The notes beneath the pieces are model-generated. The model was given only the letters and a program-made list of their open reading frames with translations, had not been told where the DNA came from and did not search any database. Below are positions 1-9,932 of a stretch of 64,000 nt of DNA, piece after piece; position 1 is the first letter of the stretch; the number at the start of each line of letters is the position of its first letter. Source of the DNA: Patescibacteria group bacterium (lineage in GTDB: Bacteria > Patescibacteriota > WWE3 > 2-01-FULL-39-13); the NCBI GenBank assembly GCA_048499955.1, contig JASNYX010000005.1, positions 27,401-91,400 of the forward strand, given 5' to 3'. A program made the position numbers and the translations under genes.

Positions 1-646
1 TGATGGTCACAACTCGATAGAGGAAATGGCCAATAAATGTATAGATCTCGGATATACCCAAATGGGAATTGCTGATCACTTCGGAAAACTAAGAGTTGCA
101 AATGCTATTGATGAATCTGAATTTAACGGGTATCTGAAAGATATTCGCGACGCAGATAATAAAATCAACGGAATTAAAATCCATGCATCAGCTGAAGTTG
201 AAATCGATAAAGATGGCAATCTTGAGTTTAACCAAGACTTGCTCAAAGAATTAGATTATAGGGTATGTTCAGTGCATTTCAGCACAAAGATGGCAGTACC
301 GGAGATGACAAAGAGAATTATTAAGGCATTAAAAAATCCACTGACTGATATTTTGGCTCATCCAACCGGAAGAATTATTAACCAAAGACCGGGTTTTGAG
401 TTTGATTACGAAGAGGTTTTTAAAGTTGCACGCGATGAAGGTGTTGCATTGGAAATAAATGCACATCCAATGAGACTCGATTTAAGCTGGCAATTGGCCA
501 AATTGGCTGGAAAGATCGGATGTAAAATTGTTATTAACACAGATGCACATTCAATTTCAGAACTCGAATACATGGAATATGGTCTAAATAACGCCAAAAA
601 AGCCTGGATCGAAAAACATAGTCTTTGGGAATTTGATTCTGTATAA
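1..646 (+). CDS. PHP-domain phosphoesterase (PolX C-terminal / histidinol-phosphatase-like), 5' partial
   Basis: Reading frame is open to the window edge. Metal-binding His/Asp motifs of the PHP fold are present: 'GIADH', 'LAHPTGR', 'EINAHP', 'NTDAHS'. The N-terminal boundary lies outside the window. Confidence 0.55.
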   Translation, partial: DGHNSIEEMANKCIDLGYTQMGIADHFGKLRVANAIDESEFNGYLKDIRDADNKINGIKIHASAEVEIDKDGNLEFNQDLLKELDYRVCSVHFSTKMAVPEMTKRIIKALKNPLTDILAHPTGRIINQRPGFEFDYEEVFKVARDEGVALEINAHPMRLDLSWQLAKLAGKIGCKIVINTDAHSISELEYMEYGLNNAKKAWIEKHSLWEFDSV

Positions 647-790
647 TCGCACTTAATTAGCATATATTCCTGCCAAATCGTTAACATCTATTATTTTATT
701 GCGTGTAAATATGCCGGAGTCTATAAACCCAATAAAATGTGGTGAATAGGCTGTAAAGTATTCGAGCTTACACACTTATCTGACAAAACG

Positions 791-1408
791 ATGAAAAATT
801 GCATTTCGGCCCATCTTATTATGTCTTCCGTACTAATTTTTATAGGTTTGGTGAACAGTCCTGTGAAAGCAAATATAAATCCGGCTGATGGCATATTAGC
901 CCCAAATGAGATAACTACCAATTCAATCAATTTGACTTCCGGGCAAGATTCTGCGACAGACGTGCCTATTCATATATTTTTACCTTCAATAGATACAAGT
1001 ATTAAAGTGAAGGAAGGTCAAATTTCCTCAGGAACTTGGGAAACTGATGAAGAAATGGCACTATATGCCGAGGGAAGCTCGTCATTAACTGATTCTTATG
1101 GTAATACAATAATATACGCTCATGCCCGAGAATATCTCTTTCGGGATCTAAAAATGCTTAAAATTGGAGATCTAGTTCACATTACAGGCGACCAAGGTGA
1201 ATACTTTTACGAAGTGACGGAAAAAGAGAGCATATTGCCCGACGAAGTTGATGTGGTGAAAAAAATCGGTTCTCACAACCTCACATTATTTACATGTGAT
1301 GGGCTCGATGATAAATATCGTCTACTAATAAGAGCAAGAAAATTGCAGTTTGATTTAGTTAGGGATGATTCCAACAAGTTTGTACGTTGGAATCCAAATC
1401 GTATTTAA
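791..1408 (+). CDS. sortase family transpeptidase
   Basis: N-terminal membrane anchor, conserved His in 'IIYAHA' and the catalytic Cys signature 'LTLFTC'. Length (205 aa) is typical for a sortase. Confidence 0.7.
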   Translation: MKNCISAHLIMSSVLIFIGLVNSPVKANINPADGILAPNEITTNSINLTSGQDSATDVPIHIFLPSIDTSIKVKEGQISSGTWETDEEMALYAEGSSSLTDSYGNTIIYAHAREYLFRDLKMLKIGDLVHITGDQGEYFYEVTEKESILPDEVDVVKKIGSHNLTLFTCDGLDDKYRLLIRARKLQFDLVRDDSNKFVRWNPNRI

Positions 1409-1423
1409 AGGAGGTGAAACAAA

Positions 1424-1812
1424 TGGCTGATAACAAAAATTCAAAAAATGCCGGTTCCGTGCAACGTGTAAGGAGTTGGTGGCAAAGCGATACTGCGAAA
1501 GCAATTTCAACCATTATTGCTGTGTTATTAATACCCGCAGCAGTTTTAGCATGGAATTATGCATCTAGCAGAAATGTTGATTTACAGGAAGGCGTCTTTA
1601 CAGAAGAAAACTCTGAAAACTCATCAGAAGCTTCTACAGATGAGAACGGCGGAGACAGCAACGGTACAGAAAACGCAAATCAAGGAACAGCTTCTCCTAC
1701 TTCGACACCAGCAGCTGGTGCTACTCCGGCTAATAATCAGGATAGACCGATAGGAGGAATCAACGATGTTAACATGTTGCCAAACACATCCTCAGGGAAT
1801 TATTCAAAGTAA
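1424..1812 (+). CDS. small membrane-anchored low-complexity (Ser/Thr/Asn/Gly-rich) protein
   Basis: Strong SD 'AAGGAGGTG' 6 nt upstream of ATG at 1424. The ORF-track start at 1387 is probably too early. One TM helix, then an acidic low-complexity tail ending '...LPNTSSGNYSK'. Confidence 0.55.
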
Positions 1813-1904
1813 AGGTTAAATTGGTCAAATGATATCAATTGATCTCACAGGTTAAATTTCTAGGAGGCCCTGCCCGCCTCTTACGAAGTCAGTATAAGTG
1901 TAGG

Positions 1905-4487
1905 TTATTCACGATTATCTCGATCTTCTCGTTCTCTATCTTCTTCTTGTCTTTGCAGAATTCTTTTAATTTCGTCAGAAGTACAGGCTCGTTTAGGTTC
2001 ATCTCCCGATACAAATAACTCTGTTGTAATTGTGGGACATTCGGCGCAGGCTAAGCTACCTGTTAAAGCACACACTTTTACTTCTACGAGGTTTGAAGGT
2101 TTTGAAAGCGATTCCTTAATATTCTTATTGTCGATTAAATAATCAACGAGGTTTCTCCAGATAAGTGAGGCACTTGCGTATCCAGATGAAACATTTTTCA
2201 TGGGATCTCCGTTGTTATTTCCGATCCAGGTCACAACCACATAATCATCTGTGTATCCTACTGCCCAATTGTCTTTTGTATTTTGCGTTGTTCCGGTTTT
2301 TACGGCAACCTGAATATCATCAATGTGTAGGTTCGATCGGGCACCAAAAGCAGGAACTCTTGCCCTGTTATCAGAAAGTATATTACTGATGTAATAAGCC
2401 GTTTTTTCTGAGATTACCCGTTCACCTCTGCATTGTGGTGATTCAAACTTAGGTGAATAAGAATTGATATTACGAAATGCGTTTACTCTGAATTCGAGCC
2501 ATTCTTTTCGAGTTAATACAGAAGGGTTTTCATCAATAAAATTAACGCACGAATTTTCTTTAATTGTATTTCCATAATTGTCATAAATTTTTAAAATCGG
2601 GTTTAAGGGCTGTTTATAACCAAGATTCGCAAAAGCTCCATATAGCACTGCCATATCTACCATTTTTACTTCTCCAGCACCTAGTGTCAGAGATAATCCA
2701 TAACGTTCCGGTTCGTTCCAAGTGGTGATTCCCATTTTCTTTCCCCAATCAATAATGGTACTGACCCCTAAATCATCAGCGAGCTTTACTGCCGGAATAT
2801 TATATGAATTTGCGAGTGCTGACTTTAGTGTCATAGTGCCATGAAATCTACCATCGTAGTTAACAGGCTTGTAAGCCGGTTGTCCGGGAATGTTATAGCT
2901 AACCGGTGCATCGATAATTCGACTGTTGTATTTATATTCGCCGCTTTCAAATGCAATTGCATAAGTTAGTGGTTTAATAGATGATCCGGGTTGCCTAGCT
3001 GACGTCGTAATGTTTACATTGCCATCATTTGTGACATCCCAATAATTGACAGATCCAACCATTGCCAAAATCTCACCTGTTTTTGGATTTGTAATTAGAG
3101 CCGACCCATTTCTGGCGTTATACCTTTTTAGTGTACTAACATCTCTAGACACAATTTTCTCTGCCTGATCTTGAAGCTCAGGGTCAATGCTCGTATAAAC
3201 TTCCAACCCTGCTTTTGTCAAAATTCTATGGCCGTATTCTTTTTGGAGATGATCAATAACATAATTAACGAAATGAGGATATTTTATAGATTCAGTTTTA
3301 TCATTAAATGACAAAGTTTCGTTTATCGCGTTTTCTGCTTCCTCTTTTGAGATATAACCGGCAGAGGCCATTCGATTAAGCACATCTTGCTGCCTTAGCT
3401 TACCCATTTCAGGTGAATTACTATATGGAGAGTAACGACTTGGTGCTCCAGGAAGTCCTGACAGGTAGGCACTTTCAGACAATGTTAATTCTTCTAGCTC
3501 TTTGCCAAAATACTTACGTGAGGCCGCTTTTATACCATATGCTGTTCCTCCATACGAAATGCTGTTTAGGTATAATTCAAGGATTTCTTCTTTAGAATAT
3601 TTTCGTTCTACTTCGATCGCAATTAATGCTTCTTTAATTTTTCGTTCATAAGTTCGCTCTGGGGATAATAATAAATTCTTAACAACTTGCTGAGTAATAG
3701 TTGAACCGCCTTCTAGATCATCTTCAAAGAAAGTTCGTTTGATTGCTCGGGCAATCCCTTTATATGAAAGCCCCTTATGCTCAAAGAATTTTTCATCTTC
3801 GATCGCAAGTGTCGCGTTAATAATAACTTCAGGAATATTTTCAAGCTCAACTAAAGTTCGATCTTCATTAAAATAAAGTTTATAAAGAAGATTCCCCTTT
3901 CTATCGTAAATTTTAGTAGTCAAATTCGGATCATATCTCGATAAACTCTCTGATGATGGAATCTCAGTTAATATTGAAAAATAGAAAATAGAAAAAACAT
4001 AAGACACCGCCACAAGTGTCAGCACTAAGAAAGTTTTGAAAGAAAATATTTTAATTTTAATTTCAAACTTCCTGAGATAAGCAATAATCGTCCAAATTAG
4101 TCTTATAGGAAATAAAATTGTAACTACCGCTGTTATAAAAAATCTATAAATCATCTTAATATACAAGCTTATCTGAATACTTTTAATTATCTGTAGAGAT
4201 AACTTCACATTTGTGTAAGAAATTCGGACAATCTTCTTAAAAAGCCTAGTTGGGGAGCTATAGGGATGTTCTGAAATTTTCCTGAGAAGAAGTATCAAAA
4301 TCAGCCAAATAACAATTGCAATGGCAGCAATAAATTTATATAGAAAAAACAATATCTTCATGTAGATAATGGGTACATAAATTACCGTTTTGACGGTGAA
4401 AATCATTACCTGCTTTATGTCTATTAAATTTTGAATATTATTAAAGCGCCTACTCTTACGCGAGGGCTTTTCCCGTTTTTCGGACAT
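1905..4487 (-). CDS. class A penicillin-binding protein (GT51 transglycosylase + transpeptidase) with unusual ~200-aa multi-TM N-terminal extension
   Basis: GT51 motifs 'EDEKFFEHKG' and 'GGSTITQQVVKN'. Transpeptidase motifs 'SSIKP' (SxxK), 'SYN' (SxN) and 'KTGTT'. The N-terminal 200 aa are very hydrophobic with several predicted helices. Confidence 0.85.
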   Translation of the reverse strand: MSEKREKPSRKSRRFNNIQNLIDIKQVMIFTVKTVIYVPIIYMKILFFLYKFIAAIAIVIWLILILLLRKISEHPYSSPTRLFKKIVRISYTNVKLSLQIIKSIQISLYIKMIYRFFITAVVTILFPIRLIWTIIAYLRKFEIKIKIFSFKTFLVLTLVAVSYVFSIFYFSILTEIPSSESLSRYDPNLTTKIYDRKGNLLYKLYFNEDRTLVELENIPEVIINATLAIEDEKFFEHKGLSYKGIARAIKRTFFEDDLEGGSTITQQVVKNLLLSPERTYERKIKEALIAIEVERKYSKEEILELYLNSISYGGTAYGIKAASRKYFGKELEELTLSESAYLSGLPGAPSRYSPYSNSPEMGKLRQQDVLNRMASAGYISKEEAENAINETLSFNDKTESIKYPHFVNYVIDHLQKEYGHRILTKAGLEVYTSIDPELQDQAEKIVSRDVSTLKRYNARNGSALITNPKTGEILAMVGSVNYWDVTNDGNVNITTSARQPGSSIKPLTYAIAFESGEYKYNSRIIDAPVSYNIPGQPAYKPVNYDGRFHGTMTLKSALANSYNIPAVKLADDLGVSTIIDWGKKMGITTWNEPERYGLSLTLGAGEVKMVDMAVLYGAFANLGYKQPLNPILKIYDNYGNTIKENSCVNFIDENPSVLTRKEWLEFRVNAFRNINSYSPKFESPQCRGERVISEKTAYYISNILSDNRARVPAFGARSNLHIDDIQVAVKTGTTQNTKDNWAVGYTDDYVVVTWIGNNNGDPMKNVSSGYASASLIWRNLVDYLIDNKNIKESLSKPSNLVEVKVCALTGSLACAECPTITTELFVSGDEPKRACTSDEIKRILQRQEEDREREDRDNRE

Positions 4488-4565
4488 GTCTATGGAAGTT
4501 GTGAACTATAAGATCCTGACCTCATTTTAGTTCTGATGGTCACTAGTGTCTATAGGTTTCTTTGT

Positions 4566-4710
4566 GGGTCTCCCCTTTTTAATTAACTATTGATGAACAT
4601 ATATGCTTATATTCATTGATGTTTCACACAGTTACATTGGTACTTTATGAAATGTAAGTATTTCGATAGAATATATAATTAATTATCAGTTAATTAAAAA
4701 GGGGTCCCCC
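4566..4710. promoter_or_regulatory. long inverted repeat (15+3 bp arms, ~100-nt spacer) in divergent PBP/tyrS intergenic region; downstream arm overlaps tyrS Shine-Dalgarno
   Basis: Left arm GGGTCTCCCCTTTTTAATTAA (4566-4586) and right arm TTAATTAAAAAGGGGTCCCCC (4690-4710) are reverse complements except for 2 nt. The GGGG at 4701-4704 is the likely SD for the ATG at 4714. Confidence 0.4.
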
Positions 4711-4713
4711 TCT

Positions 4714-5829
4714 ATGATCTCGGGTTTACAAAACGTCTCAGAAGAAATCATCGGTTCAGAAGAACTAGAATCTCGTATTGATGCGGGTCAATCACTAAAC
4801 CACTATATTGGCTTTGAAATTTCAGGCTTAGTTCACTTAGGAACTGGAATCATGACCGGATTGGTTGTTCGTGAGCTCCAAAAACTTGGAGTAAACACTT
4901 CATTCTGGCTTGCTGATTGGCATACTTGGATAAATAATAAGCTCGACGGTGATCGAGAATTTATAAATCGGGTTGCAAAAGAATATTTTGACCCGGCATT
5001 AAGAATTTCCGCTGCAATTGCGGGTGCTGACCCTGATAAAATCGTATCAAGAACCGGTTCCGAGATTTACCATAATAACGATAAATTCTGGGAATCCTTC
5101 ATGGAAATCAGCAAAAACCTAACACTTGCCCGTGTCATGAAATCGATTACTATCGCCGGTAGAAAAGAAACAGATTCAACTCAGTTTGCGATTCTAATGT
5201 ACCCTTCCCTACAGGCGGCCGATATTTTTGAACTAAAAGCCCATATTGCACATGCCGGTACTGATCAGCGAAAAATACATGTGATTGCACGCGAAGTTGC
5301 CGAGCATTTAAATATCAACCCACTACTCGACGATAAAGGCAACAAAATGAAACCTATGGCTATTCATCACCATTTGTTGTTAGGGCTTCAAACGCCTACA
5401 CAATGGCCGCTTCCTGAAGGTGAAGAAAAAGATTCTATAAGAACTCAAATGAAAATGAGCAAGTCGATCAAAGGTTCTGCGATATTCATTCATGATTCTC
5501 CTGATGAAATCAAACAAAAGATGAGAAGTGCATTTTGCCCAGAAAAAGAAGTCGACTATAACCCCGTGCTTGATTGGGTCAAACATATGGTATTTCCAAT
5601 CGCCGGATCTCTTGAAATTAAACGAGATGAAAAATTCGGAGGTAACTTTACCGCAACAGATTATCAAGAAATACAAGACCGATTTGCTTCAGGTGATTTG
5701 CATCCGCTGGATCTTAAAAGCGCGGTTTCTGAATTTTTAATTAAAATATTGGAACCGGCTAGAGAACTGTTTGGTACACCAAGTGCTCAACAATTAATCG
5801 AAGAAATAAAGCAAAAGCAAACTAGGTAA
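4714..5829 (+). CDS. tyrS: tyrosyl-tRNA synthetase, archaeal/eukaryotic type (class Ic)
   Basis: 'GFEISGLVHLGTG' (HIGH-like region) and 'KMSKS'. The C-terminal block 'IKRDEKFGGNFTATDYQEI...LHPLDLKSAVSEFLIKILEP' closely parallels the archaeal TyrRS block 'IKRPEKFGGDLTVNSYEEL...LHPMDLKNAVAEELIKILEP'. Confidence 0.85.
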   Translation: MISGLQNVSEEIIGSEELESRIDAGQSLNHYIGFEISGLVHLGTGIMTGLVVRELQKLGVNTSFWLADWHTWINNKLDGDREFINRVAKEYFDPALRISAAIAGADPDKIVSRTGSEIYHNNDKFWESFMEISKNLTLARVMKSITIAGRKETDSTQFAILMYPSLQAADIFELKAHIAHAGTDQRKIHVIAREVAEHLNINPLLDDKGNKMKPMAIHHHLLLGLQTPTQWPLPEGEEKDSIRTQMKMSKSIKGSAIFIHDSPDEIKQKMRSAFCPEKEVDYNPVLDWVKHMVFPIAGSLEIKRDEKFGGNFTATDYQEIQDRFASGDLHPLDLKSAVSEFLIKILEPARELFGTPSAQQLIEEIKQKQTR

Positions 5830-5949
5830 CATTATCATTTTGTTTACTTTGCCCAATGCTAGATAATCATGATTGAAAAATCGGGGATGAGTCGCATAGT
5901 GCAAAAGATGACACAACTGGCATGAGCCGGTGGTGATTCATTAAAAACA

Positions 5950-6402
5950 ATGAAAATATTTTTAGGCGGCATCGTACATAGTGGAATGTCAAATCCTGAT
6001 ACCTACGATCAGTCTTATCGTGGGATAATTAAGGAACAATTAAGAATTCACCATCCACAGGTAGAAATTTACTGTTGCAATGATGACCGTTCCTCGGATC
6101 CTTCTAAATTTGAGTGCCGTTCGCCAAAAGAAAACTTCGAGCATTTTTTACAGAATGTAAGGACGAGTAAAATTTTTATAGGCTACCTTCCCTACCCCAG
6201 CATAGGAACAGCAATCGAATTATATAATGCGTATCTGCACGGAGTCCCAACTATTACAATCACTCCACTTAAAATGAACTGGTCAATTCAAGCATATAGC
6301 ACTCATGTCTTCGGCACTCTGGAAGAGTTTTTGGATGAAATTCCTAAGGGATTACTGGTCAAATATTTGGAAAAAGCAAACGTCGAAAACATGGCTGATT
6401 GA
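5950..6402 (+). CDS. hypothetical protein, possibly nucleoside 2-deoxyribosyltransferase-like fold
   Basis: N-terminal 'MKIFLGG' and the central 'YLPYPSIGTAIELYNAYLHGVPTI' resemble the NDT-like family pattern. No catalytic assignment possible. Confidence 0.35.
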   Translation: MKIFLGGIVHSGMSNPDTYDQSYRGIIKEQLRIHHPQVEIYCCNDDRSSDPSKFECRSPKENFEHFLQNVRTSKIFIGYLPYPSIGTAIELYNAYLHGVPTITITPLKMNWSIQAYSTHVFGTLEEFLDEIPKGLLVKYLEKANVENMAD

Positions 6403-6623
6403 TAAGTATCTAGCTATTTTAGAAAATGGTTTTTTCAAAAACTAACGTTATAGGCCTTTCATCTTTGAAGCTTGAGCTTTGGAACTTATAATAATCGGAC
6501 CTTATTGCTATAATTCTAGTGTTTTCTGATGCTTGGAAAGTGAAGTTCCATGGGTAGAATTATGGGTATCTCTCTTGGTGCAAGGTGGATTGAAGCCTTA
6601 GAAAAACAATTAAACTCTCATAT

Positions 6624-6697
6624 TGCCCGGTCGTCTAATGGTAGGACAGCGGCCTTTGAAGCCGTCGATCCTGGTTCGAGTCCAGGCTGGGCAGCCA
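6624..6697 (+). tRNA. tRNA-Gln (anticodon UUG), CCA encoded
   Basis: Manually folded cloverleaf: 7-bp acceptor TGCCCGG/CTGGGCA (includes a G-U pair), D-arm GTCT/GGAC, anticodon stem GCGGC/GCCGT with loop CTTTGAA, 4-nt variable loop, T-arm CCTGG-TTCGAGT-CCAGG, discriminator G, then CCA. The U1-A72 start matches E. coli tRNA-Gln. Confidence 0.85.
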
Positions 6698-6877
6698 TAT
6701 CCTTGAAGTTACAGTGTCCGATTCTCCTTACGCATAGCTCAAAAGTTCTACCTGACCGATTTCCTCTATCCTAGTTCATCATAGAAATTTCGTTAGTTGT
6801 TCGTTACTTTTGAGATTGGTTCAAGAGCGATTTGTCCCTAGCATTCACTTGAGGTTCTATGAGTTGATTACAGGGTG

Positions 6878-7411
6878 TTAGTCGCTTAATTTATTATCCT
6901 TCCAATTGGTAAAAGTATTAAAATAGTCATCATTAGTTTCCGCACGTCGGATTTGTTTAAATGAACCATCTCTTTCAAGAAAGTCCTGCATCTCATCAAT
7001 AATCACATAAATGCCCTTTTGCTCACAGGTTTCTATCAATTTTTTTAATAAATCTGCTGGAAAATATTCACCATTAGGATTGTTCGGATTTGTAATGAAA
7101 ATCGCATCTGGATTAGTTGCTAATATATCTTCCAATTCATTCCAGTCAATCGGTGTACTTCTATCAAAGTTTGTAAAATCATACCCTGTGACTTCTACAC
7201 CTAATACCTCTATTGGTCTTTGAAATAATTGGTAATGTGTAGGTCCTATAACTGCGATATTCAGCTTTTCAATATTGCCGTTTTCTAGCTTAGCTAACTC
7301 TTCAATAACGATTTCAACTCCGCACCATGCACCTGCTACTAATACGATATTCTCGGCCTTATAGTTTGTATTGAACTTAAGGTTGTCTAATTCTGCAATG
7401 TTTTCTCTCAA
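6878..7411 (-). pseudogene. class I/II aminotransferase fragment (HisC/CobD-like), C-terminally truncated: lacks PLP-lysine region
   Basis: 'ITNPNNPNGEYF...IYVIIDEMQDF' is the aminotransferase motif NPNNPTG...DEAY. The ORF stops about 100 aa before the expected SxK lysine motif. Its start overlaps the stop of 7408..7644 by ATGA. Confidence 0.4.
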
Positions 7412-7644
7412 ACCTCTTCTCCAGCTTCAGGGCCATATCCAAGTGACAGCTTGTGTCTCGATGGTCCTAAAAGGTCTATAAGCTCTTCATTTAGAATTTG
7501 TGATGGATGTGTAAAAGCTCCTCTATCTAGGCTACTCTTTAGGGTTCCTTTATCAATATATTCCCTTACTAGAGCATAGTAACTATTAAAAGCTCTTAAA
7601 CAATTTTTTATCTCTTGGGTGTTTTTAATTTTGTATCTCTTCAT
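7408..7644 (-). CDS. small hypothetical ORF translationally coupled to aminotransferase fragment
   Basis: 78-aa ORF whose stop overlaps the downstream start by ATGA. No recognisable domain. May be the N-terminal piece of the same decayed gene. Confidence 0.25.
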   Translation of the reverse strand: MKRYKIKNTQEIKNCLRAFNSYYALVREYIDKGTLKSSLDRGAFTHPSQILNEELIDLLGPSRHKLSLGYGPEAGEEV

Positions 7645-7694
7645 ATAAGTAGCCTATATTATAAGGGTTTTTAAAACCTAGCACTAGGGCTGGG

Positions 7695-8963
7695 TTATTC
7701 TATAAAGACCCTTTGCGATTTTAAATAAACTGTATTCTTAATAAATCCTGCGACCTCTCTTTTCTCATTAGAAGTTCCATGGAGCAGAATATGCTTTGCA
7801 AAAGTCTTAAGATCTGGTTTAGATTTCAATGCTTCTGTACCAACGTTTAACATTTCAGAAAACTTGTTAAATCTCTTGAACTCTTCGTTAAGTTTTGAGG
7901 AAATTTGTTTCTCATCTATATCAGTCTTTTCTATAATTTCTGCTATTTGAGGTATCAAATCTTCTTCTCTAATATAGGGCTCTGTACATTTGAAGTCTGT
8001 GTTGAAGGGTTTAGTGCAGTGGTAATAAATGTATTTGTTTCTAGTACCATCCTTAAGATTTTTATATCTTTCTTCTGCTGTTATGCTAGCTCCACATGTT
8101 CCACACTTAAGAATTCTAGTAAAAGCGAACTCTTTACTATTCCAAGGAGACTTAGGAGGAACTATTAGCTTTTCCTGAACAATATCAAATAATTCTTTGG
8201 GTATTAATGGCTTTTGTGATCCCTTATACCATTTACCACTTTTAAGTGGATATTCAAACTCACCATAGTAGAATGAATTCTTAAGCATTATATAAATCAT
8301 GCTCAGGGGTAGTTTTTTATTTTTTCGAGTTCTTAATGGTGTCTCATGATCTAGCCACTTTTTTAGTGCTCTCCCGCTTAATCCTTTATATCCCACGAGC
8401 TCAAACATTTGTTTAACTATTGGGGAGGTTTCTGGATCAGGAATAATATCTTTGACACCATTATAGGAACGATTAAAATATCCAAGAGGAGCAGGTCCTG
8501 GCCTCCATCCCATTTCACATTTATTGCGGATACCTCTTTTTACATTTACTCCTTTATTATCATTTTCTAGTTTTGCCTGACTGCATAAAATCATTAATAA
8601 AAATTTCTCATTTGGTGTGTTTGAAAATGTTTGTCCGAAAGTTCTTATATGTAAAAGTTTCCCTTTATCCATTAAGTCTACGAGTGATCCTAAATCTCCT
8701 GCATTTCTGCTTAATCTATCGGGAGCCCATGTCAAAATTGCATTGTATTTCCCAATGGTTATCTCTGAAATCATTTCTAGAAAATATGGTCGTGTGGACG
8801 ATGCTTTGGCTGAGTGGCTTTCTTGCTTTATTTCTGTAACATTCAAACCTTCCTTAACTGCCAGCTCTTTCATCTCCTTTAATTGGGAATCAATAGACAT
8901 AGCTTGTCTTTCATCTGATTCTGAAGATTTCCTTGCATATAGACAGTATTTTAGATTTTCCAT
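7695..8963 (-). CDS. large serine recombinase / integrase (resolvase catalytic domain + recombinase domain + zinc ribbon)
   Basis: N-terminal 'YARKSS...SIDSQ' carries the catalytic Ser context and 'DRLSRN' is present. The C-terminal Cys cluster 'CGTCGAS...YYHCTK' matches the zinc ribbon of large serine recombinases. Confidence 0.75.
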   Translation of the reverse strand: MENLKYCLYARKSSESDERQAMSIDSQLKEMKELAVKEGLNVTEIKQESHSAKASSTRPYFLEMISEITIGKYNAILTWAPDRLSRNAGDLGSLVDLMDKGKLLHIRTFGQTFSNTPNEKFLLMILCSQAKLENDNKGVNVKRGIRNKCEMGWRPGPAPLGYFNRSYNGVKDIIPDPETSPIVKQMFELVGYKGLSGRALKKWLDHETPLRTRKNKKLPLSMIYIMLKNSFYYGEFEYPLKSGKWYKGSQKPLIPKELFDIVQEKLIVPPKSPWNSKEFAFTRILKCGTCGASITAEERYKNLKDGTRNKYIYYHCTKPFNTDFKCTEPYIREEDLIPQIAEIIEKTDIDEKQISSKLNEEFKRFNKFSEMLNVGTEALKSKPDLKTFAKHILLHGTSNEKREVAGFIKNTVYLKSQRVFIE

Positions 8964-9052
8964 CTTGGACAGAAGATACCGCTGATTCGGGGAAAGTCTA
9001 GAGTATTTAGTTTATTGCATAACAAGGTAAAATAGACCTATAAATTTATAAT

Positions 9053-9932
9053 ATGGCAAATCTTTTTGGTAAAAATAAACTTCAAGAAATAGCTTCTAAA
9101 CTTGATACATCTGAACTGGAAACTAAGATTGAAATAGTTAAAACGTGGCACCATGACTACCACAATGGTAGTTTAAAAAATGATAAGGAAACCTCTAGAG
9201 AACAGGCCTACAATCAGGATTTTTTCATAAAAATTCTTGGATTTAGGGAAAAACCATCACCAATATACACTTTTGAACCTAAAGCAACGACGGAAATGGG
9301 ACAACTGCCTGATGCTGTTATTAGTTATACGGATATCACCAAAAATATTACTAACATTTCTGCGGTTGTTGAATTAAAAAGTGCCACGGCTGATTTAGAT
9401 AGACCGCAAAAACGAGAGAGTAATATAAGCCCTGTACAGCAAGGATTTAAATACAAAATTTTATATAGGGATTGTCCATTTGTTATTGTAAGTAATTTTT
9501 GGGAATTACGCTTGTATCATGATAATCAATTGGATTTTGAATCATGGACTCTTGATGATCTGGTTGATTCCTCAAATGATTATATTAAATTTAAAACTTT
9601 TTATACGTTATTATGCGCCAATAATTTTATCAGCTAAAAGGGAGCAAGCATCAAGAGTAGCTGAACTATTTGCTTTCTGGTTGACATATTCCGATGGTAC
9701 TATAGATAACCTTCCTAATAAGGAAAAAATAGCACACTACGAAAAATTAAATAGATTAACTTGGGAACTTGCTATTTGGATTCCTGATGAAGCTTTAGTA
9801 AAAGAAATAATGTCGAAACTCAGCCATGATTCAGGAAAAGATATTAAAGAAATAGTCTTGAGTATTCGTGAGCATATCCAAAAGAAAAAAAGTCATAACC
9901 TCGACTGGAAGGAGCTTGTTTCCTTCAAATAG
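9053..9932 (+). pseudogene. MmeI-family Type IIG restriction-modification enzyme remnant (N-terminal PD-ExK nuclease domain only; frameshift near 9620; truncated before methyltransferase domain)
   Basis: 'FIKILGF...LPDAVISY...AVVELKS...QQGFKY...PFVIVSNFWELRLY' parallels the MmeI N-terminus 'FFEVFGI...GFVDLFWPGILLIEMKS...QALDYF...RYVLVCDFQRFRLT'. The continuation 'VAELFAFWLTYSDGTI' (like MmeI 'LVRLLFCLFAEDTTIF') is in a second frame (ORF 9519..9932). The total of about 290 aa is far short of the roughly 900-aa full length. Confidence 0.55.

Noticed and set aside
4488-4713. T-box riboswitch upstream of tyrS
   Set aside because: The leader is short (about 225 nt) and lacks the conserved T-box sequence (AANNNGGGTGGNACCGCG). 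Only a partial 'TGGTAC' is present. It is retained only as an unclassified structured leader.
6550-6774. 74-aa ORF overlapping tRNA-Gln
   Set aside because: It is fully explained by the tRNA gene, and the translated product (…ARSSNGRTAAFEAVDPGSSPGWAAIS…) is a typical tRNA-derived artefact.
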